The notes beneath the pieces were generated by a model that was not told the DNA's origin, did not search any database, and worked only from the letters and a program-made list of their open reading frames with translations. This document shows, in pieces, positions 18,994-29,990 of a DNA stretch of 58,389 bases (positions are counted from its first letter, which is position 1; every line of letters begins with the position of its first letter). The translations under genes and the position numbers were made by a program. Origin of the DNA: Bacteroidales bacterium (lineage in GTDB: Bacteria; Bacteroidota; Bacteroidia; Bacteroidales; UBA4181); assembly GCA_031551935.1 (NCBI GenBank), contig JAVBMZ010000076.1:1-58389 (forward strand). The letters run 5' to 3'.

Positions 18994-20826
18994 CTATGAA
19001 TGAATATTTTCATTCATAGAACATGTATGCTCAAAAATTGTTTCTTTTTTCACCATAGCTCTCACTACCACCTGGGCAATGTCTTCTACTTGTTGCGTGC
19101 CAGCTCCGGCAAACGTTTTTTTACACAATGGACATGCGGTAACCAATACATCGGGGTGCGTTTCTGTTAGTTTTTTCAATGCTTCCTGAGCTATTTTCCG
19201 GCGTTGTTCGTTTGTCAAGATAGCATTTCCCACGCTTGCACCACAGCAAAGCCCATTTTCCCTTTCGTAATGAGTTTCCATGATATCGGCTACCTGATGT
19301 AATACCTGGCGCGGAGGATCATATATTCCGGAATTACGCCCTAAGTCACATGGATCGTGGTAAACAGCCGATAATCCAGTACGGTTAACCACAATATCGC
19401 CGTTTTCTATCAATTTTTTAATGTATTGTGTGTGATGCATCACAGTAATAGGAAGGTGGTACTCTTCGTTGAATATTTTATAACATATCGGACACGAAGT
19501 CACTAATAGTTCGGCACTCGACTGCAAAATGATATCCGTATTCTTCTGGATCATTTCAGCGGCCGAAGCCTCCTGACCCAACAACATAAGCGGTCGGCCA
19601 CAACAGATACCTCCGTCTTTATCCATCATTCGGTAATTAACCCCCGCTTGCTCAAATACAGTGTGCATCGCTTTGGCAATACCGAGTGTTAAATGTGTCA
19701 TACATCCGGCAAAATACAAAACATCGGTTCGAATAGTTTCTGTCGGAGGGAGGTATCCGTATTGTTGGGTCGAATGAAATGAATCCGAACGACGCACGTT
19801 TTGTTTTAATCGACACGAATCAATGCCAACAGGGCAGGCCTGTACACAACGTCCACACATCAAACATTGCTGGGCAGCACCTTCAATATCTCCTTTCTCC
19901 TGCCGTAGCATTCGCATAAAATATACGGTAGTTTTACGATCCAAATGCGCAGCCGACGACATTTGGCAAGCATCAATACATACGCCACACCGTGAACAGG
20001 AATATAGTTCTATGTTCCCGTACCCAGCATTGGTTTTTTTGCTTTTGATACCGGCATTACGCAATACAATGAGTAACATTTCCGTGGGAATATGCATAAA
20101 TCGTGAAACAGGTAATGCAAAAAAGAACATCCCCAAAGCAACGGAATAAGCCCACCATGTAGGACGAATCAATGCTTCATTAGAAACAAATGATTCGAAT
20201 ACCATCCCAAAGCCACGCGTAAGGAAACTGCCGCCACTAATTCCTGATGTAAAACTCTCAGCTAATAAACGCAAAGGGAAAATAGCCCAAAGAGTGTATA
20301 CAGCAATCTGGTCGCCGATTTTTAGCTTAGTGGTACGCCGCATTCCCATCAAATGGGAATTGATACGTTTGTAAATAGCTAACCCTACTCCACAAAGGAT
20401 CATCAATAAAGTGAAATCCATGAGAAAAAAGAATAACGAACCCCGTAGCGTAGAATCAGTTTCCATCATGAAATAACGAAAGAAGATAGGGAAATAAGGC
20501 AGGTTAACCCTTTCAGGACAATACAACTGCACCTCGATATGTCCCAGCACAATGATCAAAAACCACCCAAAGGCAATGCTCATGTGCATAAAACCCAATA
20601 CGCGGTTGCGTTTGAATATTTTACGATGGATCAGGCATTCCATAAATATTTCCTTGACGGAAACAAATATTTTACGACTGAAGACACTTTTTCCTAATCG
20701 CTTACGATCTTCGTACGGCAATTCCCTGACCGTGCTGATTATCCCTGCAACAAGGTAAATGAGAATAAAGATAAAGCCGATCATGAACGGCAATACAAAT
20801 GGGTCGTATGAAAAACGTTCGCGCAT
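18994..20826 (-). CDS. Membrane-anchored (Fe-S)-binding oxidoreductase: fusion of a DsrM/NarI-like polytopic domain with an HdrD/DsrK-like domain (2x[4Fe-4S] plus 2 CCG domains)
   Basis: 610 aa. The N-terminal ~270 aa are hydrophobic, with His residues in helices (MHMSIAFGW..LGH, RFMHIPTE). Ferredoxin motifs CSRCGVCIDAC and CLMCGRCVQACP. Cysteine-rich CCG motifs GGICCGRP and NGLCCGAS. Confidence 0.8.
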   Translation of the reverse strand: MRERFSYDPFVLPFMIGFIFILIYLVAGIISTVRELPYEDRKRLGKSVFSRKIFVSVKEIFMECLIHRKIFKRNRVLGFMHMSIAFGWFLIIVLGHIEVQLYCPERVNLPYFPIFFRYFMMETDSTLRGSLFFFLMDFTLLMILCGVGLAIYKRINSHLMGMRRTTKLKIGDQIAVYTLWAIFPLRLLAESFTSGISGGSFLTRGFGMVFESFVSNEALIRPTWWAYSVALGMFFFALPVSRFMHIPTEMLLIVLRNAGIKSKKTNAGYGNIELYSCSRCGVCIDACQMSSAAHLDRKTTVYFMRMLRQEKGDIEGAAQQCLMCGRCVQACPVGIDSCRLKQNVRRSDSFHSTQQYGYLPPTETIRTDVLYFAGCMTHLTLGIAKAMHTVFEQAGVNYRMMDKDGGICCGRPLMLLGQEASAAEMIQKNTDIILQSSAELLVTSCPICYKIFNEEYHLPITVMHHTQYIKKLIENGDIVVNRTGLSAVYHDPCDLGRNSGIYDPPRQVLHQVADIMETHYERENGLCCGASVGNAILTNEQRRKIAQEALKKLTETHPDVLVTACPLCKKTFAGAGTQQVEDIAQVVVRAMVKKETIFEHTCSMNENIHS

Positions 20827-20836
20827 GTTTTAGAGA

Positions 20837-21169
20837 TCAGGGCTTAGGTGTGGTGGTACAATGGTGTATCGAGAGCAATACATTCCGTGTATTGACCCCT
20901 CTCGGACAAATTAACTGACACTTACCACAAAGCATACACTTTTCGGCCTCCGCGTGTATTTTGTCCGTTTGCCCGCGCATCACCATTAGTTGTAACTGAC
21001 GCAGATTAAACGTAGTGAAACGACCAGCTGAACAAGTGGCCATACAGGTACCACAACCAATGCAAATAGCAAACGAAGGTTCACGTTGCAACACCATTGT
21101 TGCAATATCCCTCGATGCCTTATCCAAATCTATTTTTTGACTTTGATTGATGCTATACCCGAAATTCAT
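20837..21169 (-). CDS. HdrC-like 4Fe-4S dicluster protein
   Basis: 110 aa with two CxxCxxCxxxC(P) motifs, CIGCGTCMATCS and CMLCGKCQLICP, separated by ~40 aa as in HdrC or the C-terminal domain of SdhB. Confidence 0.75.
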   Translation of the reverse strand: MNFGYSINQSQKIDLDKASRDIATMVLQREPSFAICIGCGTCMATCSAGRFTTFNLRQLQLMVMRGQTDKIHAEAEKCMLCGKCQLICPRGVNTRNVLLSIHHCTTTPKP

Positions 21170-21254
21170 TTTATTTAATAATTGTCTTGGTGCATGTCGG
21201 TATGCATTATCTAAACCATACCATACTATTCAATAGTGGCTTCACTTGGAAGCG

Positions 21255-22325
21255 TTATCTATTTTTAAACAATTTCCTTCTTTTAGAACCTTCTGCCTGT
21301 CCCCTTAGATGTTCATCAATAGCCACCACAGCAGCTCTTGCATCTGCCAAGGTTTCAGGAATGGTTTTAGGGCTAGTGCAAGTACCCGCCACAAAAACAC
21401 CTTTTTGTCGCGTATGATTGCTTTGCAGATACTCATCCGCAGGATTCAAAAAACCATCTTTCCCGACAGCAACTTTCATCATGTCGGCTAATTCTTCTGT
21501 TTTTTCTGCCGCTTCCATGCCTGTCATTAGCACAACTATATCTACAGTTAATTTCAACAATTTACCCATTAACGTATCCTCTGCTTTGATGGTAACACGG
21601 CCATCGATACTTTCGGCAGCTTCTGATAAACGACCACGAATAAACATGATTCCATATTGTGTTTGCGCTTCTAAGTACATGTTTTCAAAATGACGGTCGA
21701 ACATCCGCAAATCCATATATAGACAATATACTTCAGCTTCAGGATACAATTGTTTGATTTCACACGCCTGCTTGACAGCCGTAGCGCAGCATACTTTAGA
21801 ACAATGGCGATTATTGACCTTTTCATCGCGCGACCCCACGCAATGAATAAATGCAACGCGCTGTAGTTTATCACCTTTTTTTGTGGTCACGGGATTACCT
21901 GAAGCAAACATTTTTTCGAGATCGGCCGAAGTAATCACATTATCGTAAATGCCATAACCATATTCCTCTTTACGATGAGCGTCAAAAAGTTTGAACCCGG
22001 TAGACAATAACACCGCAGAAGTAGTGATACCCTGCCCATCGGATAACCAAATTCTAAATTGCTGCCCATCCTGTTGTACATCAGCAACAGTTGTATGGTG
22101 AAGTATTTTTACAGTTTTCTGTTGACGCATCCCTTTCGCCATATCAGCCGACATAATAGCTGCATTCCTTTGGAAAGGGAATAATCTGTCCCATCCAGCA
22201 ACATGTCCACCCACCTGCTCGTCTTTTTCGACCACCAATACATCGTAGCCCATCTGTGCAAGTTGCGTGGCCGCTTCCATGCCTGCAATACCCGCGCCTA
22301 TAACAGCAACATCATACATATACAA
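21255..22325 (-). CDS. HdrA-like FAD-dependent oxidoreductase (short form without ferredoxin domains)
   Basis: 356 aa. DVAVIGAGIAGMEAA...VVEKDEQVGG dinucleotide fold. IHCVGSRDEKVNNRHCSKVCC matches the HdrA CxGxRDx(6-8)CSxVCC cluster motif. Confidence 0.8.
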   Translation of the reverse strand: MYMYDVAVIGAGIAGMEAATQLAQMGYDVLVVEKDEQVGGHVAGWDRLFPFQRNAAIMSADMAKGMRQQKTVKILHHTTVADVQQDGQQFRIWLSDGQGITTSAVLLSTGFKLFDAHRKEEYGYGIYDNVITSADLEKMFASGNPVTTKKGDKLQRVAFIHCVGSRDEKVNNRHCSKVCCATAVKQACEIKQLYPEAEVYCLYMDLRMFDRHFENMYLEAQTQYGIMFIRGRLSEAAESIDGRVTIKAEDTLMGKLLKLTVDIVVLMTGMEAAEKTEELADMMKVAVGKDGFLNPADEYLQSNHTRQKGVFVAGTCTSPKTIPETLADARAAVVAIDEHLRGQAEGSKRRKLFKNR

Positions 22326-22428
22326 TCACTCTGATTAAATACTCCCTCAAGTATCGCAGATAGATAAAACACTAATAGCCTCATCTGCAATATTTATGGC
22401 AAGCAATATTTATCTACAAAAAGAAAGC

Positions 22429-22436
22429 CAAAAATA
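22429..22436 (-). promoter_or_regulatory. Candidate -7 box (TATTTTTG on the minus strand) for the hdr-like operon
   Basis: The + strand caaaaata is the reverse complement of TAnnTTTG, ~105 nt upstream of the ATG at 22325. Confidence 0.3.
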
Positions 22437-22466
22437 GTCAATAATGCAATCCTTTCAAACTTTACT

Positions 22467-22480
22467 CGACAATATTGTCG
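22467..22480. promoter_or_regulatory. Perfect 14-bp palindrome CGACAATATTGTCG upstream of the hdr-like operon
   Basis: Read directly from the sequence. It lies about 30-45 nt upstream of the candidate -7 box. Confidence 0.4.
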
Positions 22481-22540
22481 GCAAATACCTATGTTTCCTA
22501 CCAATCTATTTTTTCTATATCGCACCTAGGCAATCATTAT

Positions 22541-22582
22541 AAAAAACAAGGCTTGTTGAATAATGCACATCCAACAAGCCTT
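22541..22582 (-). terminator. Rho-independent terminator of gdhA
   Basis: aaggcttgttg (22548-22558) pairs with caacaagcctt (22572-22582), an 11-bp perfect stem with a 13-nt loop. It is followed on the minus strand by a U-tract (A-run at 22541-22546) and begins 31 nt after the gdhA stop. Confidence 0.7.
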
Positions 22583-22612
22583 ACAATATTTCACTATCAA
22601 CTGCAATAAATG

Positions 22613-23953
<1,341 letters not shown>

Positions 23954-24161
23954 TTAAGTTGTTTAATAGAATTTATGTTTTTATGATTGAAAAAACAAAG
24001 AAAAAAAAATATTGTCAAAAAGCGATGATTTTTGTCATCATATTGACAAATTTTATCATTTTTTCACAAACTTAAAGCAAACTTATATGTTTTTAAGTAG
24101 TCGACTTTATTTAGTTTAGTTTTTGCATCATTACCTATACTTAATAATGGTCATCATTCAC

Positions 24162-24194
24162 GACCATACCATGCCGTATGGTATGGTCTTTTTA
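24162..24194. terminator. 10-bp perfect hairpin followed by a T-run on the + strand, between ndpA-like and gdhA
   Basis: gaccatacca (24162-24171), tgccgta loop, tggtatggtc (24179-24188), then ttttta. This polarity is canonical for a + strand transcript. On the minus strand it follows the ndpA-like stop by ~80 nt but lacks a U-tract. Confidence 0.35.
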
Positions 24195-24266
24195 TAAGCA
24201 ATTTAATATAAACCAATTATCGACCCAGACTTATACAAAAAACTTGTTGTTTGGGAAAGTAGTATT

Positions 24267-25310
24267 TTAGTGTTCCTCTTTAAAAAAAATCCGGTAAAAG
24301 CTCATGTCGCGTTCTTCATCATACCCCTTTTCGATCAACTGGCGATTTCCATGCACATAGATATGAAAGTTTTTATCCAATTTGATAACACTTTTAAAAA
24401 TTTTCGCTTGTTTTTTGACTGCAGGAGTTGAAATTTCGAATTGGTCGTCAATGTGAATATCCCGCTCATCCTGATATTCTTCCGTATAATCTTTGAACAA
24501 TTGAATCACTTCCGGTTGCTGCATCACCTGGTGAGCAAAATTATCCAACGAAAATTCTTCATTTTCTTTAAAAAATTGAACGGATTTATTCAATATGTCA
24601 GCTTGATCGACCTTGTTAACATTAAAATTTTCAGGTAAGCGTTCAATAACAAATTGTTTACACATGTCCAAACATTGTTCTGTCTGATGAAAATTATCAC
24701 GACGTTGAGCGATATTCAAAAAATTATCACGCCAATACATAGCTTCACCCGTTTGTCTCAAATTGTCAACCACCGACACCAAATAACCGTTTTCTTGTTC
24801 AGTATTGAATATCAAGCATCCTTTGTCCAGTTTATTGATATTAATGCCATCTTCATACTCAATTTCAAAACTGTCTGACGTAGGGTAAACTTTCAGAAAA
24901 GTTTCTTTCGATTCGGATTTAAACAAACCAATAGCCTCCACCTGTTCCCCATCAATAATACAATCACGAAAATGAGCTACATACAACTCGCCACTTTTTA
25001 TTTTCGGATGTGTTGACTCTTCATACAAGTGCCGTGCAATATTCACCGACTGCTCGTAAAATGTTTCCGGATCAGCAAAAATTTTTGACACATAGCTGTA
25101 CACTTCATTCAGCATCACGTCCGATTCATGCGTCAGATTATAATACTCTTCCGATTTGAAAGGCGATAGAAAGTATTGTAACAACAAACTCTGTACAGCC
25201 TCGTCAACCTGTATCGGTGCAGCTGCAAAATGAACACCTTCTTCTTGTGACTTATTTCCTACTTTATGAAGGACTAAGGATTGGATATTTATTTCATCTG
25301 AATATAACAT
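24267..25310 (-). CDS. Nucleoid-associated protein (NdpA/YejK-like)
   Basis: 347 aa. The N-terminal LVLHKVGNKSQEEG matches the HKxGN signature I recall for this family, and the size fits. The assignment is from memory only. Confidence 0.6.
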   Translation of the reverse strand: MLYSDEINIQSLVLHKVGNKSQEEGVHFAAAPIQVDEAVQSLLLQYFLSPFKSEEYYNLTHESDVMLNEVYSYVSKIFADPETFYEQSVNIARHLYEESTHPKIKSGELYVAHFRDCIIDGEQVEAIGLFKSESKETFLKVYPTSDSFEIEYEDGININKLDKGCLIFNTEQENGYLVSVVDNLRQTGEAMYWRDNFLNIAQRRDNFHQTEQCLDMCKQFVIERLPENFNVNKVDQADILNKSVQFFKENEEFSLDNFAHQVMQQPEVIQLFKDYTEEYQDERDIHIDDQFEISTPAVKKQAKIFKSVIKLDKNFHIYVHGNRQLIEKGYDEERDMSFYRIFFKEEH

Positions 25311-25403
25311 ACGGCATAAAAAGGCACAAATATACCCAGAATTGATGATATGAAACTTACTTTAGGTGCGAAAATAAAAGATATGCGCAACCATAAGCTA
25401 TAT

Positions 25404-26180
25404 TTATTTCATATTCTTTTGTTGGTATTGATCATATTCTTCAAGAGTCATTAAAGGAGCGTGTTTTTTCGCCATAGATGTTTTCATAACATACCAAATA
25501 GCCTTAATACAATTTTTCAAATCTTGCGCCAATGAATGTGGTGGAAATATTTTTTCTATCATTTCCTGTGTCCATTTTTTGGTGAAAAATGAACTATAAT
25601 ACTCATCTTCAGGATTAACAATAAATTCCATATCATCCTTCCATTCATATCTAACGTTACGAATATTGCCATATGTATAACATAATATTCTATAAGCTAT
25701 CGATTGATACGGTAAATAGTTAAGAAATAAACTTCCAAAATCAGGCCGGAATCCGCCTCCTATTTTCGCTTTTTCATAAATGATCAACTTATTATCAATT
25801 TCTAAAATAACCCATCTATGAGATTCTTTAGGAAACAACGACTCGCCAATTAAACTTGGAACTTCCATGTAACCTCTATGGGCTACCCTACATTGTTCTC
25901 TGATAAACTGTGCTGGATCATCTGCATGTTCCAAAGCCTGACAACAAATAATATAGTCGAATTCTTTATCTTTAAATGGAAGAGATTCTCCAGGCACATT
26001 CACTAATCTTTGGTGTGGATATATCATAACATCACCAGAACGATGATAATTACTATCAATAAACTTCTCAGCCAGTACATTGGACTTATAGTTAGGATTA
26101 TGACCAGAACCAACTTCAAGTATCCTATCTCTTTTTGTAATGGATAAATCACGTCTGTCTAATGGATTTCTTACCTTCAT
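25404..26180 (-). CDS. Class I SAM-dependent methyltransferase
   Basis: 258 aa. Motif I ILEVGSGHNP. The post-motif region DYIICCQALEHADDP is typical of the Methyltransf_11-type fold. Confidence 0.8.
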   Translation of the reverse strand: MKVRNPLDRRDLSITKRDRILEVGSGHNPNYKSNVLAEKFIDSNYHRSGDVMIYPHQRLVNVPGESLPFKDKEFDYIICCQALEHADDPAQFIREQCRVAHRGYMEVPSLIGESLFPKESHRWVILEIDNKLIIYEKAKIGGGFRPDFGSLFLNYLPYQSIAYRILCYTYGNIRNVRYEWKDDMEFIVNPEDEYYSSFFTKKWTQEMIEKIFPPHSLAQDLKNCIKAIWYVMKTSMAKKHAPLMTLEEYDQYQQKNMK

Positions 26181-26237
26181 TTTAGTATTTATTTAGAAAT
26201 TTCCTATATGATTAATCATTGTTTATAGCATCAGTTA

Positions 26238-27383
26238 TTATTTCTCACTTAAAACAAATTCGTCTGATTTCCACCATTTTTTGGGATTTTCAATCGGCAA
26301 AATATCCTTTATTCCACCATAACAATCTTGAATTGCCTCTACGCTGGGACCTTCGTTTATCTCTATTACTTTAGGGGCATCAGTGGCATATGCTATATCC
26401 CATCCTAAAATTCTTATCTCCCTATATTTCACGGCACAATTCAGTACGAATGATACAATTTCAGGCCAGCACTTTAGTTGATACCCCCTGAACTCAAAAC
26501 CACTATCAGGATGTATATATATACGATCCCGTTGGGAACCATAAGCAAAATCATGTAACAGACCTGTTGCAATATCCACTTTGATAGTCATACCTCCGGA
26601 GCTGTAATTGTCTACATGTTTTCCTCCTTGCCCTATACGCAACATGGATAACAAAATTTTAGCGTTGCCTTGCTTATATTCTGTAAATATCCTAAACGTA
26701 TTCACACTATCAGAGTATATGTTATTTATTTCTTCACCTTGCAATACCCCTTTTTGTATAATATATTTTTGACTATCAATATGTTGTGAAAAATAATTAG
26801 AAGTAAGTACCTTACCTGAATCGTCACAGTAATCTCCAGAAACTTGTCTATTAAAAACCAATATCCCTTTTCCACCAACCCCAAAACATGGTTTTATAAA
26901 TATTTTGGGGCAATTAATATTTCCAATAATCTCATCAATAGAATCGTTGAAAACAATACCATTATTTTTATCAAAAAAAGAAGATTGATCATACATAAAA
27001 AGGAGTTCTGGCTGCCCTATTTGATAATTGTCTAAAAGAGCCGCTGTCAACGCTTTGTCATTACACAAAATTCCATATTTTTTATACATACGTGGATAAA
27101 AAAGATAAAAAGCAAAATACAGCGGCACATATTTTTGCATATCCTCTACAGATAAAGGACAATCTTTCCGATACATATCATAACGATAGTATTGATATGG
27201 ATAGCATCCCCAATATTTTTGCAACCGGCGCATTTCTTTTTTCATTCGACTAATTGGTTTTCTGTTCCCACACTGTTTATATCGATCTATTGATTCCTTA
27301 AAATAATCACAATAAAAAGGCCTCAATTTTCTTTCAGAAGCCTTTTTCCAAATACAATAAAACTGTTTTTGAATGGATCCCAT
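26238..27383 (-). CDS. ATP-grasp enzyme of the sugar-transfer-associated type
   Basis: 381 aa. IFIKPCFGVGGKGILVF (phosphate-binding strand) and ILGWDIAYATDAPKVIEINEGP (Mg/ATP-binding E-x-N) are ATP-grasp signatures. Confidence 0.65.
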   Translation of the reverse strand: MGSIQKQFYCIWKKASERKLRPFYCDYFKESIDRYKQCGNRKPISRMKKEMRRLQKYWGCYPYQYYRYDMYRKDCPLSVEDMQKYVPLYFAFYLFYPRMYKKYGILCNDKALTAALLDNYQIGQPELLFMYDQSSFFDKNNGIVFNDSIDEIIGNINCPKIFIKPCFGVGGKGILVFNRQVSGDYCDDSGKVLTSNYFSQHIDSQKYIIQKGVLQGEEINNIYSDSVNTFRIFTEYKQGNAKILLSMLRIGQGGKHVDNYSSGGMTIKVDIATGLLHDFAYGSQRDRIYIHPDSGFEFRGYQLKCWPEIVSFVLNCAVKYREIRILGWDIAYATDAPKVIEINEGPSVEAIQDCYGGIKDILPIENPKKWWKSDEFVLSEK

Positions 27384-27420
27384 ATTACTCTACTTTATGT
27401 TCACTTAAAAATGATATGGC

Positions 27421-28539
27421 TTATTTTTTAGTCAATTGACTATTTACAAAATCTACAATTATCTTCATTTGTTCTGTCCATGACAATTTATAAAGTATCG
27501 AATTTCTTATTTCCTCTGGTCTAACATTATTGGATATGCGAAAGTCGACGATTTTTTTTATGTCTATAGGAGATTCATCAGCTGGGGCTTTCATGATATA
27601 AGACATATTCTCAAAATCATCATCAATTTCAGAATATATGAATGGAATTCCCCGAGCTGCATATTCCCTGTTTTTCAACGTTTTTATTTTGGTAATATGG
27701 CTACGATGTCGTGCTAGGCTCGCGATTCCCATATCAGCATTTTCAAATTGTTCATCTAAGGCATCGCCTGATTTTTTACCGTGAAAAATAACATATTGTT
27801 CTAAAGAGCATTCTGTCACTAGTTGTTTCAATTTTTCTGTAGCACCTTCACCAACAATATGAAAAAAAACTTTAATGGATTGCGAGTGTTCATAATATTT
27901 TGCCAATCCTGTAATAACACGATCAAAACCATGCCAAAAATGAATTTCTGCAACTCCTAAAAGGTTTATTTGTTTTGAAATATCATTAACATGTGTTTTC
28001 ATTTTGATTTGTCCGAAATCAATACCATTAGAAATTTTCAGTGTTGGAATTCCAAAAATTACATCATCATCGGAAAAAGTAACAATCCGTGATGTATATT
28101 TTGCCAATCGGTTACGAAAATGCCTATCAAAAAATATTCTACGTTTCTTTTTTCTATATTCATGATCATAAGGATATGTGGGTATCTCTAGTAAAACAAT
28201 AACTCCCTGTCTTTTAAGTTTCCTAAAAAAATGAATTAAAAATGGATTAGCGTTATGATCGTGACGAACATATACAAATTTTATATCTTTATTGACAACG
28301 TGTTGAAATAACCGGGCATATCGAATCCGTTTTCGTAATTTCCCCAAAAAACCACTTCCGTAATCCTCTAACACTTTATTGTCAATCATCCGTTTGCGAT
28401 GCTCGTCCGCATCAACATTCATATAGCATAGTTCCACATCTACACCACAAGTTTTTAACGCGTCAATTTGGTAAAATATTTTCTTGCTAATACCATTATG
28501 TTGACCAAATCCATGAAAAACTAAAAACAACGCTTTCAT
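27421..28539 (-). CDS. Glycosyltransferase (GT-B fold, GT4-like)
   Basis: 372 aa. Two Rossmann-like halves. C-terminal HIVGEG...IFHGKK...NREYAARGIPFIYSE resembles the GT4 donor-binding region. The 4-nt ATGA overlap with wzx indicates operon membership. Confidence 0.7.
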   Translation of the reverse strand: MKALFLVFHGFGQHNGISKKIFYQIDALKTCGVDVELCYMNVDADEHRKRMIDNKVLEDYGSGFLGKLRKRIRYARLFQHVVNKDIKFVYVRHDHNANPFLIHFFRKLKRQGVIVLLEIPTYPYDHEYRKKKRRIFFDRHFRNRLAKYTSRIVTFSDDDVIFGIPTLKISNGIDFGQIKMKTHVNDISKQINLLGVAEIHFWHGFDRVITGLAKYYEHSQSIKVFFHIVGEGATEKLKQLVTECSLEQYVIFHGKKSGDALDEQFENADMGIASLARHRSHITKIKTLKNREYAARGIPFIYSEIDDDFENMSYIMKAPADESPIDIKKIVDFRISNNVRPEEIRNSILYKLSWTEQMKIIVDFVNSQLTKK

Positions 28540-29990
28540 TTTATTTTTCTTATCAATGAATGGATTATTTTAAAAATGTTATATTCTTTATAAAAGAACT
28601 GCATATAAACAATGGAGGGGATAATAAAGAATATACCTTTGAAAATCAGACTAGACCACATAGTCCAATTAATAGTATATTTATTTATCAAAAACAAAAT
28701 CATAAATAATATACTGCTAAGAATCAAGGGAGATACAAGTTGTCTCCAAAATGGCAACATGTTCAATTTGAACGTAAATCGATACATCAAGACATAACAT
28801 TGTATAAAATTAATTGTAAAAGAAATACAGAGTCCCCAAGCTACGGCTATGGTTGTTTTAAATACAAATATTCCAATTAATATACTTGCTACATTTAAGA
28901 TAGAAGATAACAATCCACTCACAAATAACATCCGTGTATCATTTGCTGCCTGAAATATGGGACCTGATGTTGACAATATTATTTGAATACCAACCGATAA
29001 AGATAATATTTGAAATACAGGAACAGATGCTGTCCATTGCATTCCCAAAATTAATAACATAATTTCTCTAGCTGAAAAAAACAAAAAAATGGACAATGGA
29101 AACCCAATAAATGATAGTAAAGAAATTATTTTTAGATATGAACCAGACAACTTTTTCAAATCATCTTGTAAATCAGAAAAAACCGGATGTAGTACAGGTG
29201 AAATTACATGTGTAATGTTTTGTAATGGCAGCATCATAAATCTATATGATTTTTCGTAATATCCTAAAGATTTCATACTTAAATATTTACCCATTAACAA
29301 TTTATCCAAATTACGACTAAAATAATTAATTATATTAAATAAAAATTGATATGCTGAATACACAAATATGATCTTCACAGAAGATATACCCAAAGTCCAT
29401 CTAATTTTCTGTGGATATTTCCTAAAACCAATGATAAAAATACTCACACTCGATATTATTGGGTTGATAAGCAAGGCATACAGACCTAGGCCTTTTAAAG
29501 CTGCAATAACAGCAATTATTCCACTAACCAATTGTATTGTTAAATTACGTATTGCTAAAAATTTAAATTGTTTATTTTTATAAAACAGGGCATTGGGAAC
29601 AATATTGACAGTTACAAAAAAAAGATTAATAGACAAAATCTTACAAATAGTTCGTAATTGTACATTATCATAATAGGACGCAATAGGCCAAGAAGCAAAG
29701 AAAAAACATATTGTAAGTATTAACCCTATGAAAATCGTAAAACAAAATATATCCGACAAATTGTCTGTTGTCAATTTTTTATTTTGAATAATCGCCGGAG
29801 CAATACCCACGTCGCTGAAAATACTAAAAAAAGAAATAATAACCGTTGCAACAGCCACAACACCAAAATCTTCAGGAACGATCAACCGGCTTAAAATACC
29901 AGTAACAACCAATGAAACAACGATACCTGTATATTTTGAAATGGCTATGTAGGTTATTCCTGATATGAGTTGCTTCTTTGTAGAGTTCAT
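28536..29990 (-). CDS. wzx: Wzx-type polysaccharide flippase (MOP superfamily)
   Basis: 484 aa, polytopic (about 12-14 hydrophobic helices). The N-terminal ISKYTGIVVSLVVTGILSRLIVPEDFGVVAV is typical of polysaccharide biosynthesis/flippase proteins. Confidence 0.85.
   Translation of the reverse strand: MNSTKKQLISGITYIAISKYTGIVVSLVVTGILSRLIVPEDFGVVAVATVIISFFSIFSDVGIAPAIIQNKKLTTDNLSDIFCFTIFIGLILTICFFFASWPIASYYDNVQLRTICKILSINLFFVTVNIVPNALFYKNKQFKFLAIRNLTIQLVSGIIAVIAALKGLGLYALLINPIISSVSIFIIGFRKYPQKIRWTLGISSVKIIFVYSAYQFLFNIINYFSRNLDKLLMGKYLSMKSLGYYEKSYRFMMLPLQNITHVISPVLHPVFSDLQDDLKKLSGSYLKIISLLSFIGFPLSIFLFFSAREIMLLILGMQWTASVPVFQILSLSVGIQIILSTSGPIFQAANDTRMLFVSGLLSSILNVASILIGIFVFKTTIAVAWGLCISFTINFIQCYVLMYRFTFKLNMLPFWRQLVSPLILSSILFMILFLINKYTINWTMWSSLIFKGIFFIIPSIVYMQFFYKEYNIFKIIHSLIRKIK

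Noticed and set aside
18975-18998. Shared ~18-mer AAACATTAAA(A/TA)CTATGAA between 18984-19001 and 57643-57660
   Set aside because: My rough estimate for AT-rich DNA, over all position pairs in a 58-kb window and allowing one indel, gives an expectation of order one. That is not enough to claim a common element.
18819-19019. + ORF translating to NVNIYSNIFKIYIKNVNIYLKSLKIRIKNINAYL...
   Set aside because: The periodic peptide is simply the translation of the 42-bp tandem DNA repeats. It spans a gene start and a gene stop on the opposite strand and is not credible as a protein.
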